A DNA stretch of 61,232 nt, the filler included, from Diploschistes diacapsis (Eukaryota), in NCBI GenBank assembly GCA_023645945.1. It is 7 parts of 7 records of this genome, joined end to end, with 100 filler letters (N's around TTAATTAATTAA, not from the genome) between each part and the next. Parts side by side here need not be neighbours in the genome. Positions count along the whole stretch, not along the records: positions 35,105 to 43,752 come from JALAIB010001120.1; positions 43,853 to 52,499 come from JALAIB010001121.1; 5 more parts are not named here. The stretch is one strand, 5' to 3'. A model generated the notes under the pieces. The model made no database searches. It was given only the letters and a program-made list of their open reading frames with translations, and was not told the DNA's origin. The position numbers and the translations under genes are program-made. Of the stretch, positions 37,891 through 50,880 are shown piece after piece; the stretch's first letter is position 1; each line of letters starts with the position of its first letter.

Positions 37891-38920
37891 AGTTTGAAGA
37901 CCAATGATCCGACTCAGCAAGTCTCCCGCCTCACCACATGGTACCAAGATTCAACGATAGGGATCGTGTGAGTAGAAAGTCTATATTACTACTGTCGCCG
38001 GCTTTTGTCTATTAAGGGTCGGGCTGAAAAGGTTTCCAATAGTTGGGCTAACAAGACTGTGCAACAAGGCAAAACTCGAGTCCCCCAGGTCAATCTCTTG
38101 TGTAGTTAAGTTGGGGCTTTGTTCAGATTTGATGCACTGTCATGAACACCGAGTTTCCAAGTCACCTTGGGCTCTTAGATTTGGATGTTGTCACACGAAT
38201 CTGTGCGGTGATGGCGGAGCCGTTCATCTGTATCTTCATGGTCTACCTCTACAAGTTCGCCTACGCTATGTTAAAGAGTTCGTGGAGGCCTCTCAATCAC
38301 CAACTTTAGCCAGGAGAAAGTGTAGATTACTGCAGACCATCTTGAAAGCGTACTGCACCGAGTCTCTGTACGCCGGAGTTTCGTCCTCCGTTAAACGGAC
38401 TGCAGGTAGACTCGGTCTGCTGTAGACTGTTACATGTGCTTGCACTAGCTATGTATCGGCCTGTAGACGCTGAATCCCTTATTGCAGGAATATATCTAGA
38501 TGAGGTTGAAGTGAGGAGGCGAAACCATATAATTTCAGCACGACTCAAGCGATATGGGTTGTATGAATCTCAGGTCTTCTAAGAGAGCGTCGTTATAAGA
38601 GAAGGCATGTGCATATTCCACCACGAGTCTGCCCATTAATTCATGATTTGAGGACACTACACTCTTATAAGAGTGAAGTCATACGGTGCCCTTGTTCCTT
38701 CATTTACTATAGCTGTGCGCCAGCGTGGTCCCAAATAGCACCAGCGCCAGGAGGCCTCCAGGCTCTTCTCCTGGATATTGATATGCTTCTAGGGAGTGCT
38801 CCCACTCTCTCACTTGATGGGAAAAGGGTTCCGAGTCCCACCCCGCTTCGTTCCGGCGCTGGAGAACACTCTCTCCTGGGTACCTGAGCTCTTGATTATC
38901 GCCCTTTGCTGTCTACGGTA

Positions 38921-40067
38921 TCACGGCTCCGACAATAGCACGTCCTGGTCATCTTCGCCTGACCTTACATGGGTCGTTACACCAGCTACTTCAATGAAAG
39001 TTCTCATGCCGGTCAGTGTTGCACGCGGAATTGCCGCTGGATCGTAGTTGCCATCCTCTGTAGATTCTACCAAGCCCCAAGAGATGGGAAATATCCTCTT
39101 TTTCCATGATCTAGGAACTTGATGTCCGGGTGGAGAGTTGATTGATGATTTGACGAAGAAGGACCGGAACGCAGATGCTGATACCATAATTACTGCTATG
39201 CTGCATTCCTGTTGCATCCAGAATCCAAGCCAGATAATATCCACTTCACCATTGTCAAGTTTGATCCCGGCCATCCGGGTAACTGCTATCAGAACCATGA
39301 CGAGGGAAAGACAGAGCGAGATTCCTAGGCCGATCTTCTGGCGGCGCTTGATGTGGACTCCCCAGAGCAGAGTGACAGGTATCGAAATCAGCAGGATATC
39401 GCTCGTGACATCCATTGCAGTGCCCATACCGACATCGCGTAGGAAGCGGTAATTCCCTTCAGATCCAGAGCAGGCTAGTAGAGGGAGAAAGTTAGCCATA
39501 CAAATAGTTTATGGTAGCAATACTTACAGATAGTAGAATACGGGCAAGTCATCCAGATGCTAGCAACGCAGAGTAGCCCAGCAAGGATGGTAAAGATGAC
39601 AACGCAATACCACCAGATAGACAAACCTCGCAAGCGGTTGACAAGCCGGCGGAAAAAGAACAAGAAAGCTAGCTTGACCGAACAGAGCCCAAGCCACCAA
39701 AGAGTTCCTGCAGCATTTGCCTCCTTAAGGATCAAGGGAATCTCGTTTATAAGTTCAAAATCCAGAACCAGCTCGCTTGGATTAAATACCACTGCCACCA
39801 AGTCATACTGGTGTTGTAGGGTTGCCAAATCCAAGCCAGTAGCACCTACAAGGCATACAACAGCAAAACAAAGTAAGATATCATCAACCAGGAATTGCTT
39901 CATTACACGTGCTCGAATGTACGTGCGCATTGCATAAGCGATGATAGCAATGCTGAACAGGGTAGCAGTAACGCTCTGGCAGAAAGGTAAGCTGAGCCAG
40001 TGTGATATTAATGGGTTCTCACTGTGTTTGCAGCGATGGCGATGCGCGGAGACCCTTGCTCTGGCAT
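38921..40067 (-). CDS. Pth11-like (rhodopsin-domain) integral membrane protein lacking CFEM
   Basis: Exons encode several transmembrane helices with RTYIR...DDILL, SVKLAFLFFFRRL, DVTSDILLISIPV.LLW..HIKRRQKIGL and W...ECSIAVI. Confidence 0.85.
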
Positions 40068-42267
40068 TTGTGAGATATGAAGAAATACACCAAACGAAGC
40101 AAGAATGAATAGGATAGAGTAAAAGGCTGGGTCAGAACATCTTTAAGCTAAAATCTTTCACAACAGGTCAATCTGCAAAGAGATCTGACATGGCATTTGC
40201 TTTGCTCAAAATAGTGACATGTAGCCGCGGATGGCATACCTTTCGGGCCTCGCCCGCTCACCTAGGCTACTGGCTGTAGGCGCACGGCATGGCACAACAT
40301 TCGTGGGACAAGTTCTGTGAATAAGACGCAAGGTTCCGGCACAGTGAATGAACTCGAGCTGTCTGCAGCCTTTCAGATGCGGACCAGCAGAAAATTGATG
40401 CTGCATTGTGCAAGTGATCATTGTCGTGGTGGTGGTCTCTCTTGTATGACATGAGAATTCAACACCACCTAAGAGGCGAAGTCGGAAAAGGCATTACTAA
40501 GTAATACCACATTTCCAGGTTACCTTTCAAGTGATAGATGGAGCAGCTGCCCCTGCATTCCTGACCATTTCTTCTCTCCTGTGTAGGAGCTGTTGTATCC
40601 TTTTTGTTCCTGCTCAAGACCCCTAAATTGCTCGCAAAAACCGCCGGTTGTCCCTTCGGGAGTCCATTATGTTGACTAAGTTTTGAGTCTCCTTCCGCAG
40701 GGCTCCGGACGTTATCAGAAAATGTGAAATTCTCTGAATATAACTCCTCGAGCCCCTGGAGCTGAAATGCACCAGTAAAAAGCTCCAAATGCAGGCTTCC
40801 AGTGTACCTTTTATGTTCTCAACAGTGAGATTTGCATAGTCACAGATCCTAAGTTGGTGAGTGCTGTGGGTCAGAGATTGGAAGCCCTAGCTATGAGCCT
40901 TTTGTTGCCCAGATCGGGGCCTGCAGCACCGGCCACGATGAAACCACAGATTGGATAGTGCAGAGTCTTCAGAACGGCCAAGATCTCCCCCGAAATGCCG
41001 TTCATGTTCCTGATCGTCTACCTTAGCTCTGACACCAGGCCGGAGTCTCGGATATAGTTGCGGCAGCGTTGCAGGCTGTAAGAGCACACCATCTCAACCT
41101 GAAAGAACCATGTATAGTTGAGCTCCTTCCCTGAACCAGCAGCTTGGTGACCAAGTGCAATACTTAAGCTATTTATGGTCCGCCAAATCCGTGCGCCATA
41201 TTTATTAGATAGTGCAGTCTGAATTAATGAGCTTTGCACTACTGGTAGAGAAACGTTGATTATGCTCTCAATGATTCCAGGGAAGAAAACCTATGGATAC
41301 TCCATGTTGTCGGTGTCTGCAACAAGACATGCGGTTCTTGTATCGATATGCTAGGAACGTCTTTCGACTGCACACCGCATGTGCTAGCAACCGCTTTGTT
41401 ATGGAGGCCATCGTACTAAGAATAACCACATTCTTAGGGAGGACATGGCTATTGCAGGTGCCCGACAGTATTACGTTGAAATCCATACTCTGGGAAGAGA
41501 ATGCCTGTTCTTCCTTACTCAGCTGGGTTTTTGAAGCACGACAATGGCCGTTGGGTATTCAATGCCAAAACAGTACCTACCAGCCTTCGACAGAGACAAT
41601 TTGATATGGCTTAGCCGCCGTTTTGAGACAATAGGAGTTGACGCTAACGCTGTACCTTATTCTGCAACTGTGTGTGGTGCTCTGCAGGGGACAATAGCTC
41701 ATACCTGAACAGCAGCAGGCAAGCTTAGTGACAAACATTTTCTCCTTATGAGGATGTCATGACCGAGATAGTTAAATTTCAGGGCCTCGACAAAGATAGA
41801 GCGGAGCGTCCAAGTAGGCCAAGTCAATGCATCACTAAACTCGCGTCTAGCCTATGCGTAGTGAGCCTATGCGTAGTGACTGAGGCGCAAACCATCAGGG
41901 TAGAGGCGGTAAAGGCAAGCAAATGGTCGCAGTGCTCCAGTCCTTGCAGTGCTCATCACTTCGGCCTAGATTCTTTCAAGGTCGACCCACGGCTTCAGCT
42001 CCTCTTGCTCTTGCTTTGGTTGTAGAGAGCAGTTGAGTAACAGCAAGTTACAAGCACTCCCATGTCCCGCGGGCTCACCCGATGTTAGTCAGCACGCAAG
42101 CTTCCGTAGCCGAGGCAAAAAGGAAAACGGCCTCGCCGTTGAAGAGTTGTGGGGGAGCAAATGCAACGCTGTTGGCGATCTAATTGCGATCTTGAACCCG
42201 AAGCTCTCTTTCGCACCATTCCCAAGTCTCTTCCGACATTTCCATCTAAATCATTAGTTACCCAGCT

Positions 42268-43746
42268 ATGGCCAGCCTACCGAGAACAAAGCCCGCGTCG
42301 GAAAAGATCCCAATTCTTGCCCGTTCTGCCGTTAGTGACCGAGCCAAGAAGACGTTGGATTTGGTAGGCAAAGCGATTGCAGACTCTCCGAATCTTAGCT
42401 AACGTTTCCAAAGATTGAGAAGTTTGTCGAAGAAGAGTGCATTCCCTCCGACCAGGTCTACTTCGCACAGCTCGGCGAAGGCAAGGAGAGATGGCAGTCC
42501 TACCCGCAGGTCATCGACCAACTGAAGCATAAGGCGAAGAAGTTGGGGCTGTGGAACATGTTCCTGCCGAAGAACCATTTCAAAGAAGGGGCCGGCTTCT
42601 CCAATGTGGAATACGGCCTTATGGCTGAGTACTTGGGCAAGTCGAGGAGTGCTTCGGAAGCAGTCAACTGTGCAGCTCCAGACACTGGGAACATGGAGGT
42701 CATAGCCAAGTACGGCAACGAAGCGCAGAAGAAAGAATGGCTTGGACCGCTTCTTGACGGATCGATACGCTCTGCGTTCCTGATGACGGAGCCGGACATC
42801 GCCTCCAGCGACGCCACAAACATCCAGCTCACGATGACGAAGCAAGGCAACGACTACGTGCTCAATGGCTCCGTAAGCTTCCACCCCCTTGGCCATCCAC
42901 CTCATCCCCTACTAAAGATGCTTTCCGTAGAAATGGTGGTCCTCCGGCGCCGGCGACCCTCGCTGCAAAGTGTACCTCGTAATGGGCAAGACCTCGCCCG
43001 ATCATCCCAGCGTCTACAGCCAACAGTCCGTGCTCCTGGTCCCCGCCTCCACCCCCGGCATCACCGTGGAGCGCATGCTCTCCGTCTACGGCTACGACGA
43101 CGCCCCGCACGGGCACGCGCACATCACGTTCAAGAACGTCCGCGTGCCGGCCTCGACCGTGGTCCTCGGCGAAGGGCGCGGCTTCGAGATCATCCAAGGC
43201 CGGCTGGGCCCCGGGCGCATCCACCACGCGATGCGCTCGATCGGGGCGGCGGAGAAGGCGCTGGACTACATGCTGGCGCGGATCAACGACCCGGGCAAGA
43301 AGCCGTTCGGCAAGCAGCTGCACGAGCACGGCGTGATCATCGAGTGGGTGGCCAAGTCGCGGCTGGAGATCGACGCGGCGCGGCTGATCGTGCTGAACGC
43401 GGCGATGAAGATCGACGAGAGCAACGCCAAGGGCGCGCTGCTGGAGATCGCCGAGGCCAAGGTGCTGGTGCCGCAGATGGCGCTGACCGTCATCGACCGC
43501 GCGGTGCAGTCGTTCGGCGCCATGGGCGTGTGCCAGGACACGCCGCTCGCCAACATGTGGGCCGGCATCAGGACGCTGCGGATCGCGGACGGGCCGGACG
43601 AGGTGCACTTGCAGCAGATGGGGAGGAACGAGAACAAGAGGGGGAAGGAGGTGATTGCGAGGCTGGAGGCGCAGAAGAAGGAGGCGGAGAGGCTGTTGAA
43701 GGAGAATGGGATTGTTGACAGGGCGACGTTCAAGGCGAGATTGTGA
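42268..43746 (+). CDS. Acyl-CoA dehydrogenase (ACAD10/11-type), probably peroxisomal
   Basis: Three exons. Motifs [67 protein letters not shown] and [11 protein letters not shown]-terminal ARL is a PTS1 variant. Confidence 0.93.
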
Positions 43747-44238
43747 AGAGGGNNNNNNNNNNNNNNNNNNNNNNNNNNNNNNNNNNNNNNNNNNNNTTAA
43801 TTAATTAANNNNNNNNNNNNNNNNNNNNNNNNNNNNNNNNNNNNNNNNNNNNGGGGGAGAATATTCACACTGGAAAGCCCCAGGGTTTAGGGGAACGACA
43901 TTTTACCAATGCCTTTTTTGGTGGTTGTAGCCTATACTGCTGCGCGCTCTGCTCTTTGCTTCCACTATGCTCCGTGCTACGCTATCCCATGCCACGAGTG
44001 CTACGCCATGCCAGTCCCCCTTACGCTTGCTCAACGCCCCGGCCATCCGAACATACCCACCCACCAGGCTCAACATCTACCGGCCAAGACCTGCCTCTAG
44101 GATACACAATTACTACCCCTCAGCCACAAGAGACCGGTGTGCGGTGGAAAGAGTGCTCTTGGCTCTTCAATCCCCCCCTTTCCCAGGACCCTGCTGCCCA
44201 TGCAGCCCCTTCTTCTGCTCAAAAGCTCGTAGAAAGTC

Positions 44239-45467
44239 TCACTTTTTCTTCTGCATAGCATCGACCTTCTCCTCTAGCGAACCGACGTAGTTATGGATGC
44301 GCTGGACTGCGGCTTGCAGGGCCTACAAGAGAGAGAGACGAATCAGCACGGGGTTCTCACGGAGCACGAGTAGCCGGCGCCCGGTGAGAGGGATAAAGCA
44401 CGTGCTGTGAAGGGAAAAGTGAATGTATTGGCGTTTGATTCCACGTCGTATGCAGACTCCCGTACTGGACACCTGAGCGTTCTAACCGACTAGCCCACGA
44501 CGAAAAGCCAAAGTTATTAGGAACGCCTCAGGAATGCCGGAAACATGTGCATCATCGCCTAGCCCTTCGTCCCTCGTACCTCGTCACCGAGCCTCCGAGT
44601 CATGACCGATACAGGTGCCCGAATCACATTACAACTAACCCACCCGTCATGCCAAAATAGAAGAAATCCAGAAAGCTAAACTCCAAAGAAATGAAAAGAC
44701 GTGGGATCGGTCTATATCTATCGTCTATCATGCAACTGTATCTATCTATCTCAACATATTTTATCTTCTACCTTCCACGTAAATTTCCCTATTAAAGGTC
44801 TATTGGGTCTACCACATCTTGTGCGAAGAGCTGAGCAGCAACGCCAGTGCTCGAAACACAAGTTCAGAAGACGGATAAGCAGGCAAAGAGGTGAAACCCG
44901 CCACACCCCCCTTCTTCCTTTCTCTCTAGGGCCGGAACAGGTGTGTATGTGTACAAGCATCTAAATGCAGACACGTACATATATATCCTCGGTCAACATC
45001 TCGTTCGCAAGCCTGTACTCTTCAAGCACATAGTAGTAAGTTCCGTAAGCGGCGGCGGACGTGCCGAGGAGGAAGCCGATCATCCTGTACACCATAATGC
45101 AAGCGTCAGCCAAGTGTTCCTCAACAAGACATAGATGGTGATTCATGAATATTGTTCTTATTTGCTCCTTTCTGTTTCTTTGTCTTTAAAAGAGTCGTGC
45201 GTGTAAATGCATGTTGATGAGGATGAAGGTTGTGATCATCATGATACTGGTAATGGTAATGGTAATGGTGGAATGAAACCAGACTTACCCTCCCCTGAAC
45301 GCCCCAACAGGCCTCCTAACAGGCGTGGTGACGCTAGTAGTTGCGGTATCGTTCAGGCGCGCAGCGCTGGAGCGAAAGGACCGCGCCGCTGGGGTTCTAA
45401 GAGCCGACGACGATGGGCTCGCGATGGCGCGGAAAGCGGAGGAGGCGGCAAGGATGCGGGAAGCCAT
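44239..45467 (-). CDS. Small mitochondrial membrane protein (presequence, one TM helix, coiled coil), function unknown
   Basis: Exons 45289-45467, 44979-45084 and 44239-44322 give MASRILAASSAFRAI...RRPVGAFRGGMIGFLLGTSAAAYGTYYYVLEEYRLANEMLTEDIYALQAAVQRIHNYVGSLEEKVDAMQKKK*. All splice sites are canonical GT/AG. Confidence 0.8.
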
Positions 45468-45957
45468 TATGTTGTTATGGTGGGTTTGTGTCGTATTGTG
45501 TGGTGGGTGGCGGTAGAGATGGGACTGTCGTAGTTCGAAGTCGAGGAGTGAGGCTGGTTGTTGAAGCTGCGATGTGGGATGGAGTAGGAGGTGGCAAGTT
45601 GAAATTTTTGGAATGAAAACGAATGTGATGAGGTATGCTATCCTATTGGACATTGGACAGAATGATCGTGTTCTATATATAAACCGTAAAGTCGCCCCCC
45701 GTGGCCCTATTTTTGGGACGGGAAGATTCACCACCTGTTCATACAGATCTGGTAAGGCTGGCAATTAGACTGCATAAGCCGTGAGGATCCTTGCGCCTCA
45801 AATCAGGCAGTAATTTGACCATGCCTCGCATGATTACGCGCAAGAGCCTTGCCCGCAAAGAGCTCTCCAAGTCCTACAAGCTTGTCAGGATTGTCTCCAC
45901 CACCATGCAATCCTTCTACCTCTGAACCCTAGACGCCTGTCCTGCCCGCCAGCTACC

Positions 45958-47430
45958 ATGACCTTCACCACCTCCCCCTCCTCCGTCCCGAGCTCCACCC
46001 ACGACGGTCCAGCCCAGGACTACGTGCACCACTCGAGCGGGCAGCGCGTGAACACCGACATCGTCATCTGCGAAGCCCTCCGCCAGCAATACCCGCAGCT
46101 CACGCTAACCGTCACGCCCAATGCGTTCTGCAACCTCCTGTCCTTCGCCGCGGCTGGGCATGCAACCATCACCGCCCTCCCCGACACCTCCTCCCCCCTC
46201 AACGCCTCATTAAAATGGCGCCGCTGGATCGCGCCCCCGTGCCGCACCGAGAGCGTGGGCGTTCTCACCGACGACGTGATCTTCGGCAAGTACGTGCTGA
46301 AATGGCAACAAGCGCCCGGCGCCGCGGCGAAAGGATTCCTTCTCTACATCGTCTCCGGCCGCGATGGGGCATCCTCGTACCCGGAAATCGCAAACAACTA
46401 CATCCTCTCCCCGGCCTCGGAGCGGCCTAGCGTCGACGCCCTGATCGCGGCGTGCAGCGCGTGGATGGTGCAGCCGCACAGGGAGGTGCTCGTCTATGAC
46501 GGCGGGTACTGGCAGAAGAGCCGCGAGCTGTGGGACAGCGCGCAGGGCTCGCGCTGGGCCGACGTGATCCTCGACCCGGGCATGAAGGCGCGCATCGTGG
46601 CCGACGTGCAGGACTTCTTCGCCGCGCGCGAGACCTACGCGCGCCTCCACGTGCCCTGGAAGCGGGGCGTCATCTATCACGGCCCGCCGGGCAACGGCAA
46701 AACGGTGTCCATCAAAGCCATGATACATTCCTTGTCCGCCCGCGCGGACCAGGACGGCGGGCCGATCCCGACGCTGTACGTCAAGTCGCTGGCGTCCTTC
46801 GCGGGGCCCGAGTACTCGGTCAAGCAGATCTTCGCCAAGGCGCGCCAGCAGGCCCCGTGCTATCTGGTCTTCGAGGACCTGGACTCGCTCGTCACGGACG
46901 GCGTGCGCTCGTACTTCCTCAACGAGGTCGATGGCCTGCGCAGCAACGATGGCATCTTCATGGTCGGGTCCACGAACCATCTCGATCGCCTGGACCCGGG
47001 CATCGCGAAGAGGCCGAGCAGGTTCGATCGCAAGTATTTGTTTCCCAACCCGGACGCCAGGGAGAGGGAGATGTATTGCGGGTATTGGCAGGGCAAGCTG
47101 GAGGGGAGCGACGGCGTCGAGTTTCCGGACGAGCTGAGGCCGGCGATTGCGGGGATTACGGGGGGTTTCAGCTTTGCGTATATGCAGGAGGCCTTCGTGG
47201 CGAGTTTGTTGGCCATTGCCAGGGGGAACGGCAAGGATGGGGACGGGGCGAGTGGGCGACGCGAAGCCGACAAAGGGAATGGGGCGTTTGTGCGGGAGGA
47301 GGATGGCGGCGAGCATCCGGAACTGGACAAGTTTGTGCTCTGGGTTGAGATCAAGAAGCAGGTCAAGGCGCTGCGAGAGGGGCTGGAGGGTGCGAAACGG
47401 CAAACAGCTGGTCATGTTGTAAGCCAGTAG
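45958..47430 (+). CDS. Single-domain AAA+ ATPase
   Basis: Walker A GPPGNGKT, Walker B LVFEDLD, and second region of homology STNHLDRLDPGIAKRPSRFDR. Intronless 490-aa ORF. Confidence 0.92.
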   Translation: MTFTTSPSSVPSSTHDGPAQDYVHHSSGQRVNTDIVICEALRQQYPQLTLTVTPNAFCNLLSFAAAGHATITALPDTSSPLNASLKWRRWIAPPCRTESVGVLTDDVIFGKYVLKWQQAPGAAAKGFLLYIVSGRDGASSYPEIANNYILSPASERPSVDALIAACSAWMVQPHREVLVYDGGYWQKSRELWDSAQGSRWADVILDPGMKARIVADVQDFFAARETYARLHVPWKRGVIYHGPPGNGKTVSIKAMIHSLSARADQDGGPIPTLYVKSLASFAGPEYSVKQIFAKARQQAPCYLVFEDLDSLVTDGVRSYFLNEVDGLRSNDGIFMVGSTNHLDRLDPGIAKRPSRFDRKYLFPNPDAREREMYCGYWQGKLEGSDGVEFPDELRPAIAGITGGFSFAYMQEAFVASLLAIARGNGKDGDGASGRREADKGNGAFVREEDGGEHPELDKFVLWVEIKKQVKALREGLEGAKRQTAGHVVSQ

Positions 47431-47796
47431 ACCGCTGGTGGAAAGGCATCGAGACCGCAGACATATTTTGCAATGGGAGCGAAAACCACCAGCCATGGTA
47501 TTGGTTCGCGTGACAATCTCCTTTGTTAGTTCGATCTTCTCAAATAGCCTATGATCTACAATGAGAGTATCAAAAGCTTATATCGGCGCCCACACAGCGG
47601 CGAATAGTCCTTGGAGCCCCATCGTTATCGAACATGAGTTGGGATATCAGTGAAAAGTAGCTCCTTTGTTCGCATCACCACACACTACGCGAACCGAGAC
47701 CGCCGAGCAGCCAAAAAGAAACTAGCCTTCACCTTGCGATGCCCAAACTCCTGCTCGGCAATGCATCCCGAACCGACCCCTTATGCCTCCTCACAC

Positions 47797-50256
47797 CTAT
47801 CCCTCCCGCGCCTCGTTCTCCGTATGATGGAAAGCATCGCCAAACGCCGAGTCCTCCATGACGTCATCCATCGCGCCCGCATCGTCCATCGTATTACCTC
47901 CCTGCTGCACCTGTTCTCCTTCTGCAGACCCAGCCGCTTCTGGAACAGGAGGCACTGGGCCTTGCTGCTGCAGCACCTGAGCGTGTCCAGCACCTGTCGC
48001 AGCCCCTCCACCGCCGACGCCTGGAGCTTGTTCCGCTCCGGTCGACGCACCAACGTCGGCGCTTCCATCATTGCCAGCGGCGGCATCCATGCCCAACCCA
48101 ACACGCACGCCTCCTCCGTCGTCGCCGCCGCCGTCGACGATGAAATCGTCCATCCCTACACCAGCAGTACCAATGTTGCCAAAGTCGATCGCGTCGTTGA
48201 AAGCCCCGTCGTCGAAACCGGCTTCGTCGTTGGGCTCGTCATCGTTGCCGAAGTCTACCAAGTCGTCGCCAAGACCGGCATCGTTCATATCCATTTCGGT
48301 CGAGGCTCCGGCTTGAAGAGAGTCCGTGGCCAGTGGAGGACCAGAAGGAGCAGTAATGGTCGGAGGTGCAGGCGCCATGTTGGTTGTTGAAGCTCCGTTG
48401 GCGGTGGAGGCAGCTTGAGGCTGCGTGTCTTGTTTGTTGACCATGACCCAGTCATCGGCCGCGGCGTCCCTCTGCCCAGCCATGGAATGGTCACTGTCGT
48501 GGAGCGGTTGCGGAGATGCAGATAGCTTGGCGCTTTGCTGCTCTGAGTTCAGCAAGCTACGCTCGCCCGCTCCGGGTTCGAGGAAGTCGTCAAAGATGGA
48601 TGCAATATCGCCGTTAAGACCTGCAACGCCCGGACCATTGCTTCCTGCTGCGGGCGCCGATTCCTCCGTTAGGCCACCTCTCTGCAGGAGCTTAACATTG
48701 GCGCGTTTGCCAACCTTCAAGCCCAGGAGTTCCTCTACCTTTTTTGCAACAATGTCGATATGCTCCATCTGCCTCAGCACTGCAATGGTGGCGTCACCAC
48801 GTGCAGGGTCGTGAAGCTGCGTCATACCGCCGTCGATTTTGGCCGACTCGATGTTCACGCCGTCGTTGCCTGCTGCAGCTGTAACTGCACTACGTAGGCT
48901 CTTTTCTGCCTCGCGTAGCTGTCTGATTCTTGCGAAGCCTTCCATCTGCTTCGCGTGGTCGAGCTTCATTTTTTCCATTTCCTTGTTTACCTCGGCAATC
49001 TTGTTCATTGCACGCGTATAGAATTCTTCAGCCTTGCCTGGCTCAAGTGGCTTTTGAATGGTGCTGTCGTAATGCGCGTCATCTTCGTCCGAGGATTTGC
49101 CAGGAGGAGTAGGTGGTCGTGGAGGATCGAAGAAGCCACTTGTGAGAGGCTCGAGCTCACCTTTGCGGCCGAGACCTAGGGAGACCGGCTTGATGGCGAA
49201 GGTGGGGTAGCTTGAGTAAAGCTCTTCCATCCATTCGTGATGCTGCATGTAGCGCATCTGGCTGATGTCACGCTGAGTCAAGTAATCATGAAGATCCTTG
49301 TACTCTTCCTCCTCGAGTTCTACAAGGTCTACCGCTTGGGCAGGCCTTGGCACTTGCAAACCAGGCGCTCGAGCTGCTATGTTGCTATGACGGGCACGCT
49401 TGCTAGGAGGTTGCTCAGCAGAGTAAACGTGTCCCGGCTGCGCCATCTGCTGGCGAGCTACTGGTTGCGCCATCGCCCCTCCAGTGAAGCCAATGGTAGG
49501 TCCTGGGCCGCGCATACCACCATGTTGGTTAGGCATCGTGATATTCGGCCAGTTGTTTCGGTCGGCAAGCGCAAATTTGTTATCCACCAGTCGGCCTTGG
49601 GTTTGAAGCCACTTCCTCTGCTGTATCGACTGGTGCTCTTGTGGGCCAATGGGGACACGACTGGCGGGGAACATTTGAGGTGCGCGCCCGTAGTGTACAA
49701 TCCAAAGATCGGTATTACAATTATAGGTCGGATTGCTCGGGTTCTGTACGAGGCGATATCGACGACGCGAGTGCCCTGCTGGACCTTGTGCGCTCTCTTT
49801 GAGTGGATTGTAGCCGTATTGGTGAATAAACATTTCGATCAGCTTGTTGGGTCAGCCACAACCCGTCATCAGGATGACACAGAAATCGCATACATAGCCA
49901 TGATATTCCTGTCTAAAGTATTGCTCTGGATCGCCCCAGACATACCCATCACTGGCGAATCTGTTTTGTGTGTTGGGGGATTGGTAGACCAAGAAAACGG
50001 TGCCGTCTTGCGGAAAGTCAAGAAACGTCCAAGACATAGGACACAGATCGCGCACGATCCTTGAGGCCTCAATGAGCCGCTCGAGTATGAAGTCGAGGCT
50101 GGTGGTCTGAACGAGAGGGTACGCATACTGCGCAACCAGGTGTAAATGTTGAAGCTGCGCCAAAGTAAGCAAGGACTGCGGACCCGGTTGAACAGCTTTG
50201 ATACTTACCAAAGCTGGAGGCACTCTTGACGCCGGATCATCCTGGATTGTAGACAT
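47797..50256 (-). CDS. ssr4: SWI/SNF-RSC subunit Ssr4-like (DUF1750) protein
   Basis: Two exons with an intron near 49841-49892: MSTIQDDPASRVP...FASDGYVW..PE, then HSRRRYRL...LWIVHYG and RYMQHHEWMEEL...PVSLGLGRKGELEPLT.GFF. Confidence 0.82.
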
Positions 50257-50880
50257 TTTGTAAGGCTACTGCAGAGAACATCAAGGTGTGGAATGCTTGT
50301 AGCTTTGCGATGCGCGACGGAGCTTGAAAGGTCGATTTCGCGATGAATTGGGTCAGGAGCCGGGAAGAATTCCGGAGTAACGTGATACCGCGCTTTCACA
50401 GTGAATCACAGTAATGTCCATTGAAAACCTCAGAAAACGCCTGGCTGAAGATCCATGAGAATGCTTCGATTATCCAGGGTAGCTCTCCGGTCGAAGGATG
50501 ACTCGGGGATGGAGGCTTCCAGTAGACTACCATAACGCTGGAAATAAGGTAAGGAGAAGAAGCAGCAGAAGGTAAGAAGCTTTCGCAGTGTATGTCTCTC
50601 GTATTTTCGGTAAGGTTCAAATAGAGGCGTTTCGTCTTTGATAGTAGGTTGGGAAGGCTCCAAGTTGCCATCCGATCAAGTCACACAGGTAGCATTTTAA
50701 AAAGCAGTAGTTGGGTAGATATAACACATGAGCGCACAAGGTTAGTAGTATATTAGATTGATCAACATATCCCTTAGGGAGTGCTCCACGGTATTTTCCA
50801 CCAAGTCATTGCAGCCTAGCCATGTGATAATTACCAGCAAGGTCAGCACACTGCACGAGCACCTTATGCTCTCGCTAGTA

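Noticed and set aside
40400..41620. Short ORFs as a gene or pseudogene between the Pth11-like and ACAD genes
   Set aside because: The fragments could not be joined into a consistent model or assigned to a family.
44323..44978. TPP riboswitch in the long intron
   Set aside because: Only a TGAACTTG fragment is present. The other conserved aptamer elements are not in the required order and the gene is not thiamine-related.
46210..47496. Long antisense or alternative-frame ORFs (also 7106-8197, 33454-34389, 42862-43608, 47650-48390)
   Set aside because: They are shadows of GC3-rich real genes and show no independent motifs.
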